Positions 1-11,747 of a stretch of DNA of 64,000 bases are shown here, piece by piece. Source of the DNA: Phoronis australis (Eukaryota; Animalia; Phoronida); NCBI GenBank assembly GCA_002633005.1, contig NMRA01000081.1, positions 499,625 through 563,624 on the forward strand, given 5' to 3'. Position numbers and translations under genes: made by a program. Within the stretch, counting starts at the first letter, position 1. The number at the start of each line of letters is the position of its first letter. The notes below the pieces were generated by a model that did not search any database, was not told where the DNA came from, and saw only the letters and a program-made list of their open reading frames with translations.

Positions 1-3000
1 TACATATGTTTCATGGAAAAAAAGAAAAAGTAAAATTACACTTGTCACCCATATTGTGTCCTAAATTGGTGAGATGTTACCATAGAAATTCATGGAAATA
101 ACTCGCAAAACTGGTAAAAACATTGTGAAACCTCATTTGCTTTGAGGAACATTTGAGTACTGTTCTCTGACAAGCATACTGTTATGGTAAACATTCTCCA
201 AGCAGTGAAAATTGTTTAATTTGGCCGGATCTGGCCCCAAATTATAGAAATAGGCAATATGGGCCGTCCAAAAATTCAAAAATCACCGAAAAGACGTCAA
301 AATCGCCCACTCTGTAGATTGAAAACACATTGTCTGAAATATGATGAACAAAAAAAATTGCCCTCGTCCAAAACACCAGAATCAAGAAAATTAATTTTTT
401 GGAGACTTTTTGTGTTTCAAATTCTAGAAACCGTAACAAATAGGGAGATTTTTTCTGTAATCAAATCTTGTTAATGTTTAGTCACACTGATACCAAAAAG
501 AAGTCTACAGCTAAAATTGTGACTTGTGCGTTTTCCTACAATTGGAATTACTAACCTTATTTACATATGAAAAGTGCATGCGCAATATGTATACAATTGT
601 CTCATGACTACGTAGAGCAAGTTTTGACACGGGACTTGACAACTTATCCAGAATTGGTCCAGTGTGAGCAATAGCTGTTGTGTATGATACTTTCACATTA
701 AAACTAGTTATGTGCAACACAATATCTAAGCAATAACATACAGGGTAAAATTTCTTAAAAGAGCAACTCCATATTCATCAGATGGTGCTAACAAAGAAAT
801 GAAAGGTCCCTCTTTTTAATACCTGAATAGATCAAGAATAGAAAGTTGTTCACTAGCATGGGGTTATTCACGGGATGAGTATACCATGAGATTAACCCAT
901 TGCAGGCATTTCTATGGGCAGGTCCTTGTTTCAGTAGCGCCACCTATTGAATTTGGAGTTGGCATTCGCATTGTGGATTTACTATGAGTCACAATTGTAT
1001 TTAGTCCTTTTACAAATGCTATCATGTTGTGATAATTGCGGCACATTTTACTGTGCAAATAATGAAGTAGTTTTCTTTGGAATTTAGTTCAACTATCTAG
1101 CCAAAGTAGACTCCATTTCCCACTGTTTTTTTCTCCAAGAGAATTTTTATAATAAGTAAGATGTAATAGTGAATCCTTTGGAAAAGTTCCTGTGTACTCC
1201 ACCTCTTAAACTATTAATTGACAATTGTGTTCATCGACTGTCTTCATAGAACTATTGAAATCAACAAATATCTGTTAAAATAATATTTATATATTAATAA
1301 AATAATGTAAAACATAATGCATTTTTGTTGGGTAACACTTAAGTTAACTGGATATTATTTTGCTGAATATCTTCCGACCAAGTAGTTTTCTGAACATTAA
1401 CTCTTTCGCTGCCTGCAATTCCCAGAACCAAAAAGTTTTTGATGAAAATTAGAAAAATTGGGTGCAATTACCAACACGTACAGTACACGACAAAAGTATC
1501 AGACAAAACGACCTGGAATTCCCCTTCATGACGACTGTGTAGACACCAAATTCATAATCTCGGCAGTTTTCTCTCGTGACCCACAATGAAGTGGAATTAA
1601 CAGAAAAGGAGGCTAAGTCATTGTGTTATTACAATTTTGGCCCCAATGATAATTTCATCAGTCATTTTGCTGTCATGATGGGACACAGAATTTTGTCTGA
1701 TTACTTTTGTCTTGTATTGTATCAAGTCTATGAGAATGTGGTACTAGGCTTTGGGTGACATATCTCATCTAACATTTCTTACTCGAATTACAAATCTGAA
1801 TCCTGTTCAAGTTGTGTCCAGTAAGCAATCAAAAATGTCTTTAAAACTCGGAAAAGAAGCAAAATTCATTCAATCGAGATTTGGTAAATGTTTCATATTG
1901 TCTGGTAATGTTGTTCACCTGTAGTAAGTCACCAGTCGGACCATTTACCAGTAACATCATTAAGACCTAAGCAGTCAAATAATGGTAACAGGGTAGCATT
2001 AAACATTATAAATGGTAAAATCTTACAGCTTTAGGATGCAATGCATAACTGATGAGTGAAATTTTTGTTTGCATTTTTTTATAAGATCTGTAGCACCAAA
2101 TTAATGTTCTACCAAGTTCCACTCCTGCACCATAATTATAATCAGACAATATTTTGACAAATTTTTGGTCATGTTTGATGACCCTAAAATACTGAAAATA
2201 CATCAAAGCAATTTTGCCAAATATTTTTTGTCCAAAATTGGTTAGATTTTATCATTTTACTGTGTCAACTGTTGTTCTGAAGTGAGATATTTGACACAAT
2301 ACTCAAACTGAAAAAATAATTCATTTCCAAGTCAACATGCATAACCTTTCATGGAGCTTTCAAACATAAGACCAACTTAAGTTACAACAACGTTGTTCTC
2401 AGTACAACATTGAAAAGAGGGAGAAAGGTTGAGTGTTTTCAATAAGAGCGTGGATAGTGTCTCATTTCAGGCATGCTTTTGGTCATGGATGACCATTTCC
2501 ACTTGGCATTACTTGTTTCATCAAGTTGTTCAAAGAGACCCAAAATTCTGTGAACAAGTTTGGTGTGACATGGCAACACTCCTCATGACCACAGCTGACG
2601 ACCACTAGCCTATGTTAAAATTTAACAATAGGGAATTGTACGTTATCAAATACTTTAATCTTTGAGACACATTTGAAAGACAACTCACTTTGATTTACAA
2701 CTGTGCACACAAGCTTGACACAACAGCACCGATACAATTATAAAATCCAGCTTGGTGGGTCAAAAAGTGGCGTTGAATGTGGGTAATGTGCCTTCAGCGA
2801 GTACACTCACGATAACGCACCTAGCTGGCCACAACTGTATCTCTACTTGATTTAGAGAGAAAGAATTGGAAATGAATTGCAATAAAATCAATGTATGTCA
2901 AGCTTGCCTAAGGTTGGAGTAACAAGGCTGCAAACTCATAGCACAGGTCCAATCTCCGATGCTTCAATGCTGCGTTCACTGGTGTGAAGATGGTGACCGG

Positions 3001-3068
3001 AGTATCAACAACTACGCAAGCACAAAGCCATTAGACACTCCCAACGACACATCACTGAGACAGGACCC

Positions 3069-6000
3069 TCAACAGTCTGCCTCCAGAGCTCGACTCCTCA
3101 GTTGGGTCTGTGCTACCTCCTCTAGTGTTCGCTGTATCTGCTCTAACAACTGCTCTCCCCTCAATATCACCTTCTCCAGTTGTTTCCCAGCATCCTGGTT
3201 TTCTTCCTCCAACCTCTTCAAACTGGCAGTCTACGGAGAACAGAGCAAAAGTAAGCGTCAGACAAGTACAAATAACTGTCCATGCATATCAACGTTGGCA
3301 TAGCCACAGGTGGATGTACAATGGGGGCATGGCACCCCTGTTCATTGCAACCCCCCCCTCCAATCGAAACTCACTTCAATTTTGCGTTTGGCCCCACCTG
3401 TTCACTGCAAAGTGAGCCCCACATCACCACTCATTTCAGCCCCCCGAGGTCGCCAACAATTTTCCTTTTGTTCTCTCTGACAAATACTTCACTTAAACAA
3501 ACAGATGACAGATAGAAATTCACTTCCTGGACTAACTGACGATGTTTAAGACAATTCTAAGAAAACACTCCTGTTCACGTGTGTGATCTACAGGTGACAC
3601 TACGGAAACAAGATCTTGTTATATGCTCACGAAAACCAAGTCCTGAACAGGGAGACCCACTGGTATTCTTGGAAGGTCAAGGAAGACGTGTAGACAAAGA
3701 CACCTAGACAACATGTCCACCATGACCAAGACTACCACTGTCACGTGAGTCACCAGGTGACATAAGCTCGCAAACATATAGAAGGTCAGAAATGAAATAA
3801 TATACACCTTATTCACAGCCGCCATTTCAGTAGTGAGCCTCTTTTTAGGTTTAAAAAAACAATGCATTTGACACATAAACATAATAAGGCACGAAAAAAA
3901 CCTAAAAAGAGGCTTACTTTTAAAATGGCAACAGTGAGAATAAGGTGTACGCTCCACTAATTAAACTTCAAATAAGTGAATTTCTACCTGTCAAAAGAAT
4001 CCATGGGAAAGGAACAGCTCTCACCAGTTTGAAGACGAAAGCAAATGATTAGGATGTTATATTTTGTTAACATACAGAGCCCTGGTTATCTTGGAGATAC
4101 ATTTTTTCGTGTTAATTACAGTTCCCATAGTGAGTATTTACTATCCATAACAATAGCATGTCATACTCTGGTCACACAGATTTAATGGTATATTTTACTA
4201 TAAGTGTTGAGATCTTTCAGTGCACCAAGTAAACATTAAAAAATGCTAGAAAAAATGGTCCTGACGTTTCGAATAAACTGTGTTTAAATATTCTTTTTCA
4301 AGGGAATGATGACTTAAAAGACTGTAGGGCTTATATACCTTAGAAAACCTAAGAAATCCGAAGTGATTGGCAGTGAAAAAAACGTAAAAACGACTGGCCA
4401 CTCACTTTTAATTCTTTCACTAGGAATTCAGATAATTACGGAGGAAATGCAATTTTAACAATTTCATATCTTGTAGTGCTTTACTATTAATAGTACTCCA
4501 GAAATATTGACAATAACTAAACTTGGACCACATAAATTCAGTCATTCTGTGGCCCTACAACCACAAATGCCAACATCACAGAGGTTTTCACGTAAAAGAC
4601 AATGCGATACAGTTGTTGTTGGCCAGAAAAGAGGTTTTCTGAGACCAGCCCTACTGCAGAATTGAACTCGCAACTTGGGTAGTAGCAGTCCAACACTATG
4701 CTGGCAGAGCAGAACCCCTCTTCATAAATGGCAGAAAAGTTTAAGCGTATTGAACTATTTAAGTCACTGGCCTTGATTTAAACAAATGGCTCGTAGACAA
4801 TGGCGATAATTGGCGATTTGTAATAAAATCACGAACGCACAATGTATTTTGTTGTTTAATAGCTCTTGTCAAAGCTAACAACTTGAAAATGTCACATGCA
4901 ACAATAACCCCAAAAATGCATTTTTCTGCCATAAAACAGAGTGCGGCCCTTTAACTTAATATTCACACTTGGTGACCCTCTTTGTTAAGCATAATATTAA
5001 CTAACAAACACCAGTCATGTGATCATCTTTGTAAATAACAACACTTACAGAAGTGAGAATTGCAGTAATCTTGCAAGGCCTGCATAATTTTAGAGCCATG
5101 CATTCATGGTGCAAAATTCATGTAAATGACATAAGTACAATATAAAGATACCTGTAATTCAGCAGAAGAGTCCTCATTAGGGAGAGAGTCGATGAGGACT
5201 TCAATGTCTTTGGCAGTCCTGGCAATGAGTTGTGCAAATAACTGGGCGTGATCTGGCGTGAAAAATGAAGTCAAAATAAGTACCATCTAAAGTAAATGAT
5301 GAAAATCAAAACAATTTAGTGTGACACAACAAGACTGAAGCTTTACGGTTGTGAAATTGATGTGCAGCCACATGGATCATTGTGAAAAATCACTTACTTC
5401 AGCACATATGACAACATGATAATGATGATAACAGCAACCACTGATAATGAGAAATATTTATGCATGCCATTTCAAAGTGCTTTGAACTGGAATAAAACGA
5501 TCTTCTATCAACGAAACGAACAACTACAAAACTGCCCCAACTTGATTCGTTGCTTTACAATCCATGTTCCGTCAATAAAACAAGCCACCATCAAACTGGT
5601 ACTACTTCTGATGAGAAGTCGTTTATGGGCTTGGAAAGAAATATTTGTTGTTGCTCAAGACCAAGCTCAGTGCGACAAGCCAACTTATTGAGGCTCGTCT
5701 CAATCAATAATGAACTATTTAAGTTCTTTACAGGGCCACGTATCCCTACTTTCTGGGATGGACCAGTACAGGGTGAGTTGATAGATTCTCATCCGCTCAC
5801 ACTACAAAAACTAGAGTCATCACCTGACCAATGAGTCTCATGGTTAGCGAACGATTCGCTTTTAATAAAACCTTTACCTTCTTGGGGCTCTTCTATGGCT
5901 GGTTTGGACTTTTCAAAACCTGTGAACGGACTGGGTGGGGCAAATTGCTGCAGTACACCAACACTGTTGGTGAAGTGATCGGCAAGCTGGAAAACAAACA

Positions 6001-9000
6001 AACAGACTGGTCACTAGGACAGTAAACTCAAGTAATGGTGTATGCTGTATGAACAGAAATTAAGAAAATACTCAGTAAAATACTGATAGCCAAAGTATTG
6101 GTTTGTCTTACTGGTCCTAGGCAAAGTTGGCTAAGTGAAACATGTTTAAGATCTTTCAGGTTTAGTTGGCTTAGTAACAAGTACAGTCGAACCCTGTTAA
6201 AACGAATTAAGTTTGTAAAGATTGCTCACTAAGCCAGCTGCACTGTGTACATTAACGAATTCCTTTGGTTACAACGAATGTTTTAGAAAAGTCAAGCCTG
6301 AGGATGGGAGAGTTCATTGCAACACGGTTAGACTGTATTCAAAGTTTTGAGAACTATGGTGAGTAAAGGCAATTACAGCAGCGTAAACAGGCGATGGTAA
6401 ACCTCATAAAAAGTAACTCATTTCAAAATACAGCAAATAACATTGAATGAAACTTACTTAACACATGTCATTACTCTGGAGACAGTTAAGACAACATAAT
6501 TCAAACATATCCATAAAAATCTGCTGAGGTTCACTCAAGCTTCCCTAGTCAGATGCCATTTTGAGAAAGTTCAAACCACTTCATGACACAAAAAATCAAA
6601 CTGAAAGGGACACAAATTCTTCCAGATATCTTCACGTGCTACTTAAGTAAAGTGTCAGCCACCAGGTCACGCCATCTTCTCAGTCTTACGCTTGTTATGG
6701 CTTAACTCGAGTGACCTCAGTTGAAATACTTTGCGGTTATCGCACGTGCTGAAAAGGTTAACGACGACCAAAAAAGTGGAGTCAAAAGTTTTTGCCAAAT
6801 CGGCAACTGGCCATTTTTATCGCGCCCGCCAGGAGCGAGAGCAGTGTTAAAAATGGCCAGTTGCTGATCTGAGCAACTTAACGAAAGACTGCTCGAAGAA
6901 AAAGTTTAATTGTGGGAGTAATTGTTCGAGTTGGAAAGAATCAATGATATCGTCAGCCTCCCCAGGTGTCCCTCTATGCTCAAAAGGTACTAATAACAAC
7001 GTGACTTTGATGTTTTAATCAGTGTCAGGCATATTTCGACGAAAAGCTCCCCGTCTCTACTGGGTCTAGCTAGAGACGGTGGTCACTGTCTGCATTCTAG
7101 TCAAGACTTAGCCTCTGTATACTAAATATACAGCTTTGCACCAATTTAGGTAAAAGGAATGGCCAAATAAAATCTGACACAAAATTAGTGTCATTAAAAA
7201 ATGCAAGAGATATGACGTTTATTCAATTCAACTGCTGCAACAAACAAGGTGAGTGTAGGTTGACTCCCAGATTTTATATGCACTCCCGGTGGTCGTTAGC
7301 TCTATATGTTGATATACGTTTCACGTGGTGACGAGCAGAAGACCCAGGCTGTGTGAAATTTCGGTACCAAGCTTATTTTTCATACAGCTATCTGGCCGGC
7401 AAACAAAGAAAAGTCTGTAGTTGTTTTGCAAACAATACGCTTGTGACACGTGCACGTGCCTTTTCCTAAAATTTTCAAACATCTTTGGGGAGATGGTAAC
7501 AGCTTTAAAACAGCAAAATTTGTTCTGAAATTGGGTTTTCTGGTAATAAAACACTAAAAACTTATAACAAAATGAAACCAGTTCCGATAATTTGTTGTGA
7601 CAAGTATGCAACCTCGTGGAAGAATAACAGTTGATTGAATAATCAGTGAAAAAGAAACTTGGCCAATAGGTGACGCTATATTTCATCGACATGGCGCCAA
7701 AAGCTAATGCGTAAGATCGCTCCACAACTTTAGCAGCAAAATAACGCTAAAACGCCTCATTTTTCCAGCAGCGGTAAATAATTTAGTACAGAGTGCAGTT
7801 TTTAATGACACTGATTTTGCGTCAGGTTTAATTTGGTCATTTTTTACTCATATAAGCTTCACACCAAAGCTATTCAAGATTTAGTCAGCCACGAAGCTGT
7901 AAGAACACTACTGTTAAAATACAGCTAGGTACCACTGAGTGCTGAACTCCATTAGACCCCGAAATTTTACACATCCCGGGTATTTCTGCTTGTCAATCCG
8001 TTGCCAAACTTATATCAAAATGTAAAGCTAACAATGCAAAATCTGAGAGTCAACTGACACTCACCTTGCTCGTTGCAGCCGTTTAAGTAAAAAACAATCT
8101 AATAATCGTCATTTTCTTGCATAATCCTCCGCCTTTTGTAACAAAGAAAAGACTGTCATAGTTTTGAAAACAGTATGCTCGTGACCCGTGCACGCGCCAT
8201 TTCTTAAATTCATTGCGACATCTCTCAGGAGATGATGGCAGCTTCGCAGAAGCAAAATTTGTTTTGAAATTCGATTTCCTGGTATTAAAATACTAAAGTT
8301 ATAATGAAATGGAACAAGTTCTGATAACTTAATGTGACATATACGCAACCTTGTGGAAGAAGAACAGTTGATTGAAGAATCGGCAAAAAAAAGGCCAATA
8401 GGTGCTGCAATATTTCATGGCGGCGAAAACCTGACAAAAACTTTTCGCAGAAGGATCGCTCCACAACTTAAAAGAAGAATAATGATTAACAGCAGAATGC
8501 CATTTTTTCAACTCTGGTAAAAAATTGGTCTACTCAAGGGAGAGTGTAGTTCTTAGTGACACTAATTTCTTGTCAGATTTTATAATTGCATGGCCAATTT
8601 TTACACACACGTATACAGCTTTGCACCAAGACGTCCAAGGCTAGTCAAGTGATAGTCTTGGTACAAAGCTGTATACTAAATATACAGCTTTGCGCCGATG
8701 TGGGTAAGAAAGTGGTAAGATAAAATCTGACACAAAATTAGTGTCATTAAAAAATACAGTCTTCCTAGAGTAAACTAAATTATTTAACGGTGTTTGGAAA
8801 AATGGCGTTCTACCGCTATTCTGCTGCTAAAATTGTGGAGCGATCTTCTGCGTCTGCTTTCGGCGCCATGAAATATTGCGTCAACTATTGGCCAGTTTCT
8901 TTTTTCGGCGATTCTTCAATCAACTGTTGTTCTTTCACGAGGTTGCATACACGTCACAACAAATTATTGGAACTAGTTTCACTTCATTATAACCTTTGAG

Positions 9001-11202
9001 AATTTCGATACTGAAAACCCGTATTTCAGAACAAATTTGCTGCTGTGAAGTTGTCGCAAAAATTTAGGAAAAGGTGCGTGCGTGTGACACGAGCGTACTG
9101 TTTTCGAAACGACAACCTACTTTTCAAAAAGGTTGAGAATGAAGCAAGAAAATGACATTTGCTGCATTGTTTTTCACTTAAACAGTTCTAACGGGCAAGG
9201 TGAGTGTCGGTTGACTCCCAGATTTTGCATGCACCCCGTCAGGTCTTTAGCTTTACATGTTGAAGCAAGTTTCACAGCGAGGTGAAGAGCAGAACTCCCC
9301 TGGCTGTGTGCAATTTCGGGGTCTATGGAAGATTAACACACACTGGTATCTAGCTGTATTTTGACGATAGTCTTCATACAGCTCGGTGGCTGGCTAGTCA
9401 AGTGACTGACTAGCCTTGGTACAAAGCTGTATAACAAATATACAGCTTTCCACCAATTTGGGTAAAAAAGTGGTAAGATAAACTCTGACACAAAATTAGT
9501 GTCATTAAAAACTAGTCTTCTTTGAGTAAACCAAATTATTTAACGGTATTGGAAAAAATGGCATTCTACCGTTATTCTGCTGCTAAAGTTGTGGAGCAAT
9601 CTTTAGCGACAGCTTTCGGCTCCATGAAATATTGCGTCATCTATTGGCCAGTTTCCTTTTTCAACGATTCTTCAATCAGCTATTCTTTTTTCACGAGGTT
9701 GAGTACACTTCACAACAATTATCGGAACTGGTTTCACTTCATTATAAGATTTTAGAATTTTGATACCAAAAAAACGAATTTCAGAAGAAATTTTGCTGCT
9801 GCCAAGCTATCATCATCTCCCGAGAGATGTCGCAAAAATTTAGGAAATGGTGCGTGCGCGACACAAGCGTACTGTTTTCAAAATGACAACATACTTTTCA
9901 TTGTTAGAAAAGCCAGAGAGTTCTCCAAGAAAATGACGTTTATAACATTGTTTTCACTATCCATTGTAATGCCTAATGGCTGTAACAGTGTGTAACACTA
10001 ACAGGCAAGGTGAGTGTCGGTTGATTCCCAGATTTTGCATGCAACCCGTCCGGTCTTTAGCTTTACATGTCGATACAAGTTTCACAGCGAGGTGACGAGA
10101 AGAGCTATCCTGGCAATTTTGGGGTCTACGGAAGAAATACACACAGTGGTACCTAGCAGTATCGTCCGGTTACCTATTTTCGTCAGGCTCCAAAGTTCGT
10201 CCGCCATTTTGTTTCGCGTGCAGCGCAACCACGCGGGACTTAGCGTTCCAATTTGGAGTTCTCGTCTGCACGTTAGGTACTAACTTATCGGAAGAGACAC
10301 GTATCAAAGTAATGAGACAAAAATCGGTGAGTTTACCGATTGTTTTTTAAAACCACTTAAAAATCAGTAGATTTTACTAATACACTTTTTTGTGCGTTTT
10401 CAGAAGATGTTTTCGAATTTAAATTTTCTTCCGACGGGACACAAAACATGATCCAGGGTTTGTTTATGCAATGTATCTGTTTGTCCCAGGCACTAGTAGG
10501 ATCTAGAAGGCCAAAGGAAAAATCCGCAGACAAATGCGATACGCTGGGTTCTTAACATTTTTGCCTCACGTTCACCATTAAACTGCATTGAAATGTTGTC
10601 CAATTGGCTTTTATTGGAAACCACAGTGCAGAGCTCAACATCAAAGCTTCAAATCGAGTTTATGTCAATAAAAACAGGCTGTTGCAATTTTCATTACTTC
10701 GTTGGCCTTTTTCTGCATGTTTCTCAGTTTTTACAAAAGGGGGCAGCATATGACGAACTTAGGTGTCACAATAAAATGGCTGCCGAAGGCAGTGCACATT
10801 TGAAATAACTCGGCACAAATTAAAGAAAACTTCCGAATCGATGAATGCGGTATATCTGTGAGAGTTAAATCGAATCCTATTCAGATCATAACTTTGAAGT
10901 GGAATAATTCGGTGAGTACAACAGCAAGTCGGTTTTATGCTTAGGCGGACGAACATTGGGCTCCCCAGTATATTTTGACGACAGTCTTCACGATACAGCT
11001 GGCTGGCTGGCTAGTGACTGACGTGCGAGAGTGAAGAGGTCCAAATACACTCATCCAATCAAATAGTCGAGAAAAAATCACGGGAGAGAATAACTGTAAG
11101 GGTTCTGTACCTCAAAATTAAACAACATAATTACGAGTACTGTCCAAAAACAACGTTTACCTGGTTGACTGCATCCTGAAGTTGAGTCAGTCTGTCCGCC
11201 AT
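3069..11202 (-). CDS. MED21: Mediator subunit 21 (4 coding exons, 137 aa)
   Basis: Exons 11161-11202 ([14 protein letters not shown]), 5878-5986 ([18 protein letters not shown]...), 5152-5252 ([34 protein letters not shown]) and 3069-3230 ([15 protein letters not shown]...EADC*). All introns are GT-AG with consistent phases; total 414 nt. The peptide is recognisably MED21/SRB7. Confidence 0.96.
4258..4306 (-). other. Minimal hammerhead-ribozyme-like motif in a probable Penelope-like retroelement relic
   Basis: Minus strand reads ttcc-CTTGAAAAA-gaata...tattc-GAAA-CGTC-agga: 5-bp stem II, self-complementary ACGT stem III, GUC triplet. Upstream on the same strand lie ccaatc and ggtatataag. The core is non-canonical and stem I is weak. 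Confidence 0.45.
4630..4720 (-). repeat. Degenerate tRNA-like (possible SINE head) sequence
   Basis: Minus strand ...GTTGGACTGCTACTACCCAAGTTGCGAGTTCAATTCT...: tRNA-Ser(GCT)-like GGACTGCTA loop plus B-box-like GAGTTCAA. No complete cloverleaf. Confidence 0.3.
6184..6335. mobile_element. pogo/Tigger-like MITE (~150 bp)
   Basis: TA|CAGTCGAACCCTGTTAAAACGAA ... TTCATTGCAACACGGTTAGACTG|TA: imperfect TIR with TA on both sides. Confidence 0.7.
6790..7099. mobile_element. Partial fold-back element, same family as 28110-28720
   Basis: 6841-7090 aligns by eye with 28381-28665 (gactgctcgaagaaaaagttt, actttgatgtttta, gagacggtgrtcactgtct). Central hairpin caactggccattttta...taaaaatggccagttg. Ends in CTA directly before the first 9-bp spacer. 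Left end not resolved. Confidence 0.7.
7109..7872. mobile_element. Academ-like non-autonomous element, internally rearranged copy
   Basis: TAGCC...AGCTA ends; forward fragment (7109-7400) fused to a reverse fragment (7400-7872) of the ~750-bp unit; flanks gtcaagact / ttcaagatt (7/9 match). Confidence 0.65.
7882..8643 (-). mobile_element. Academ-like non-autonomous element, reverse copy
   Basis: Reverse complement of the 8653-9396 unit along its length; ends TAGTC...GGCTA. Confidence 0.75.
8653..9396 (+). mobile_element. Academ-like non-autonomous element with perfect 9-bp TSD
   Basis: gtcaagtga|TAGTCTTGG...GGCTGGCTA|gtcaagtga (TSD 8644-8652 and 9397-9405); subterminal hairpin ttggtacaaagctgtata-ctaaa-tatacagctttgcgccga. 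The superfamily call is inferred from TAG/CTA ends and the 9-bp TSD. Confidence 0.8.
9411..11013 (+). mobile_element. Academ-like non-autonomous element with perfect 9-bp TSD, interrupted by an ~800-bp nested insertion
   Basis: gtgactgac|TAGCCTTGG...GGCTGGCTA|gtgactgac (TSD 9402-9410 and 11014-11022). Homology to 8653-9396 stops at ~10160 and resumes at ~10971. Confidence 0.8.
10160..10970. mobile_element. Nested insertion with asymmetric subterminal inverted repeats
   Basis: Splits the host motif tagctgtattttgacg. Inverted repeats ggctccaaagttcgtccgcc (10186-10205) and ggcggacgaacattgggctcc (10944-10964); cagtat occurs at both junctions. Confidence 0.65.
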
Positions 11203-11448
11203 ACTGACCCATTTCACAAGGTTTTAAAAATTATTATTGCGACAAAATTTACATTTAAAGTTGAAAACCAGATAATAAGTATGCATTATCCGCTTTTAAA
11301 TGTCTTTTTCGTATTTTTAGTAACTTATTTCCAAAGTAAAATTGTTGATCTGTCAAATATCAATATTATTAATCGCGTAGATCTACTGATCGTGTTCTTG
11401 CACATGTTCCCCCTTAGTCTCTTCCTTTCCCAAATTTTACGAACAGAA
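11203..11448. promoter_or_regulatory. MED21/RPLP2 bidirectional promoter with RPLP2 TCT/5'TOP start and non-coding exon 1
   Basis: Polypyrimidine tct-cttcctttccc at 11418-11431, followed by donor gaa|gtgagc at 11449. Splicing to the acceptor at 13740 leaves one nucleotide before the RPLP2 ATG. The MED21 ATG is ~215 bp away on the opposite strand. Confidence 0.75.
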
Positions 11449-11747
11449 GTGAGCGTGCACAACGTTTCGTGTCTCCTTGAAGGCTTAAACGTACGTCTCC
11501 TTTAGGGTAAAAACTTGTTTACTCGACATGTTTGTCACATGCAAAAGATATAGATTCTAAAGCACCAACCTTTTTTGGTGATTCTTTCCTGAAACTTTGC
11601 TAAATAGATACAAATTGCGAGTTCAGTGCTGGTTCATTAATTTCGCTAGTTGCCGGCTCCCTATTCAATCCTTCATATCTCCTACAAAGATCTCTCACGT
11701 ATGATATATACCTCAATCGATTAGTCACTGTACAGTCTTTACTCCTG

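Noticed and set aside
2959-3515. Plus-strand ORFs of 77-114 aa
   Set aside because: Antisense shadows of MED21 exon 4 and adjacent repeat sequence; most other short ORFs in the track are likewise intronic or antisense noise.
10174-10207. Minus-strand ATG GCG GAC GAA... ([11 protein letters not shown]) followed by a GT donor as an alternative MED21 first exon
   Set aside because: Phase 1 is incompatible with MED21 exon 2 (phase 0), and it lies in the inverted repeat of a nested element.
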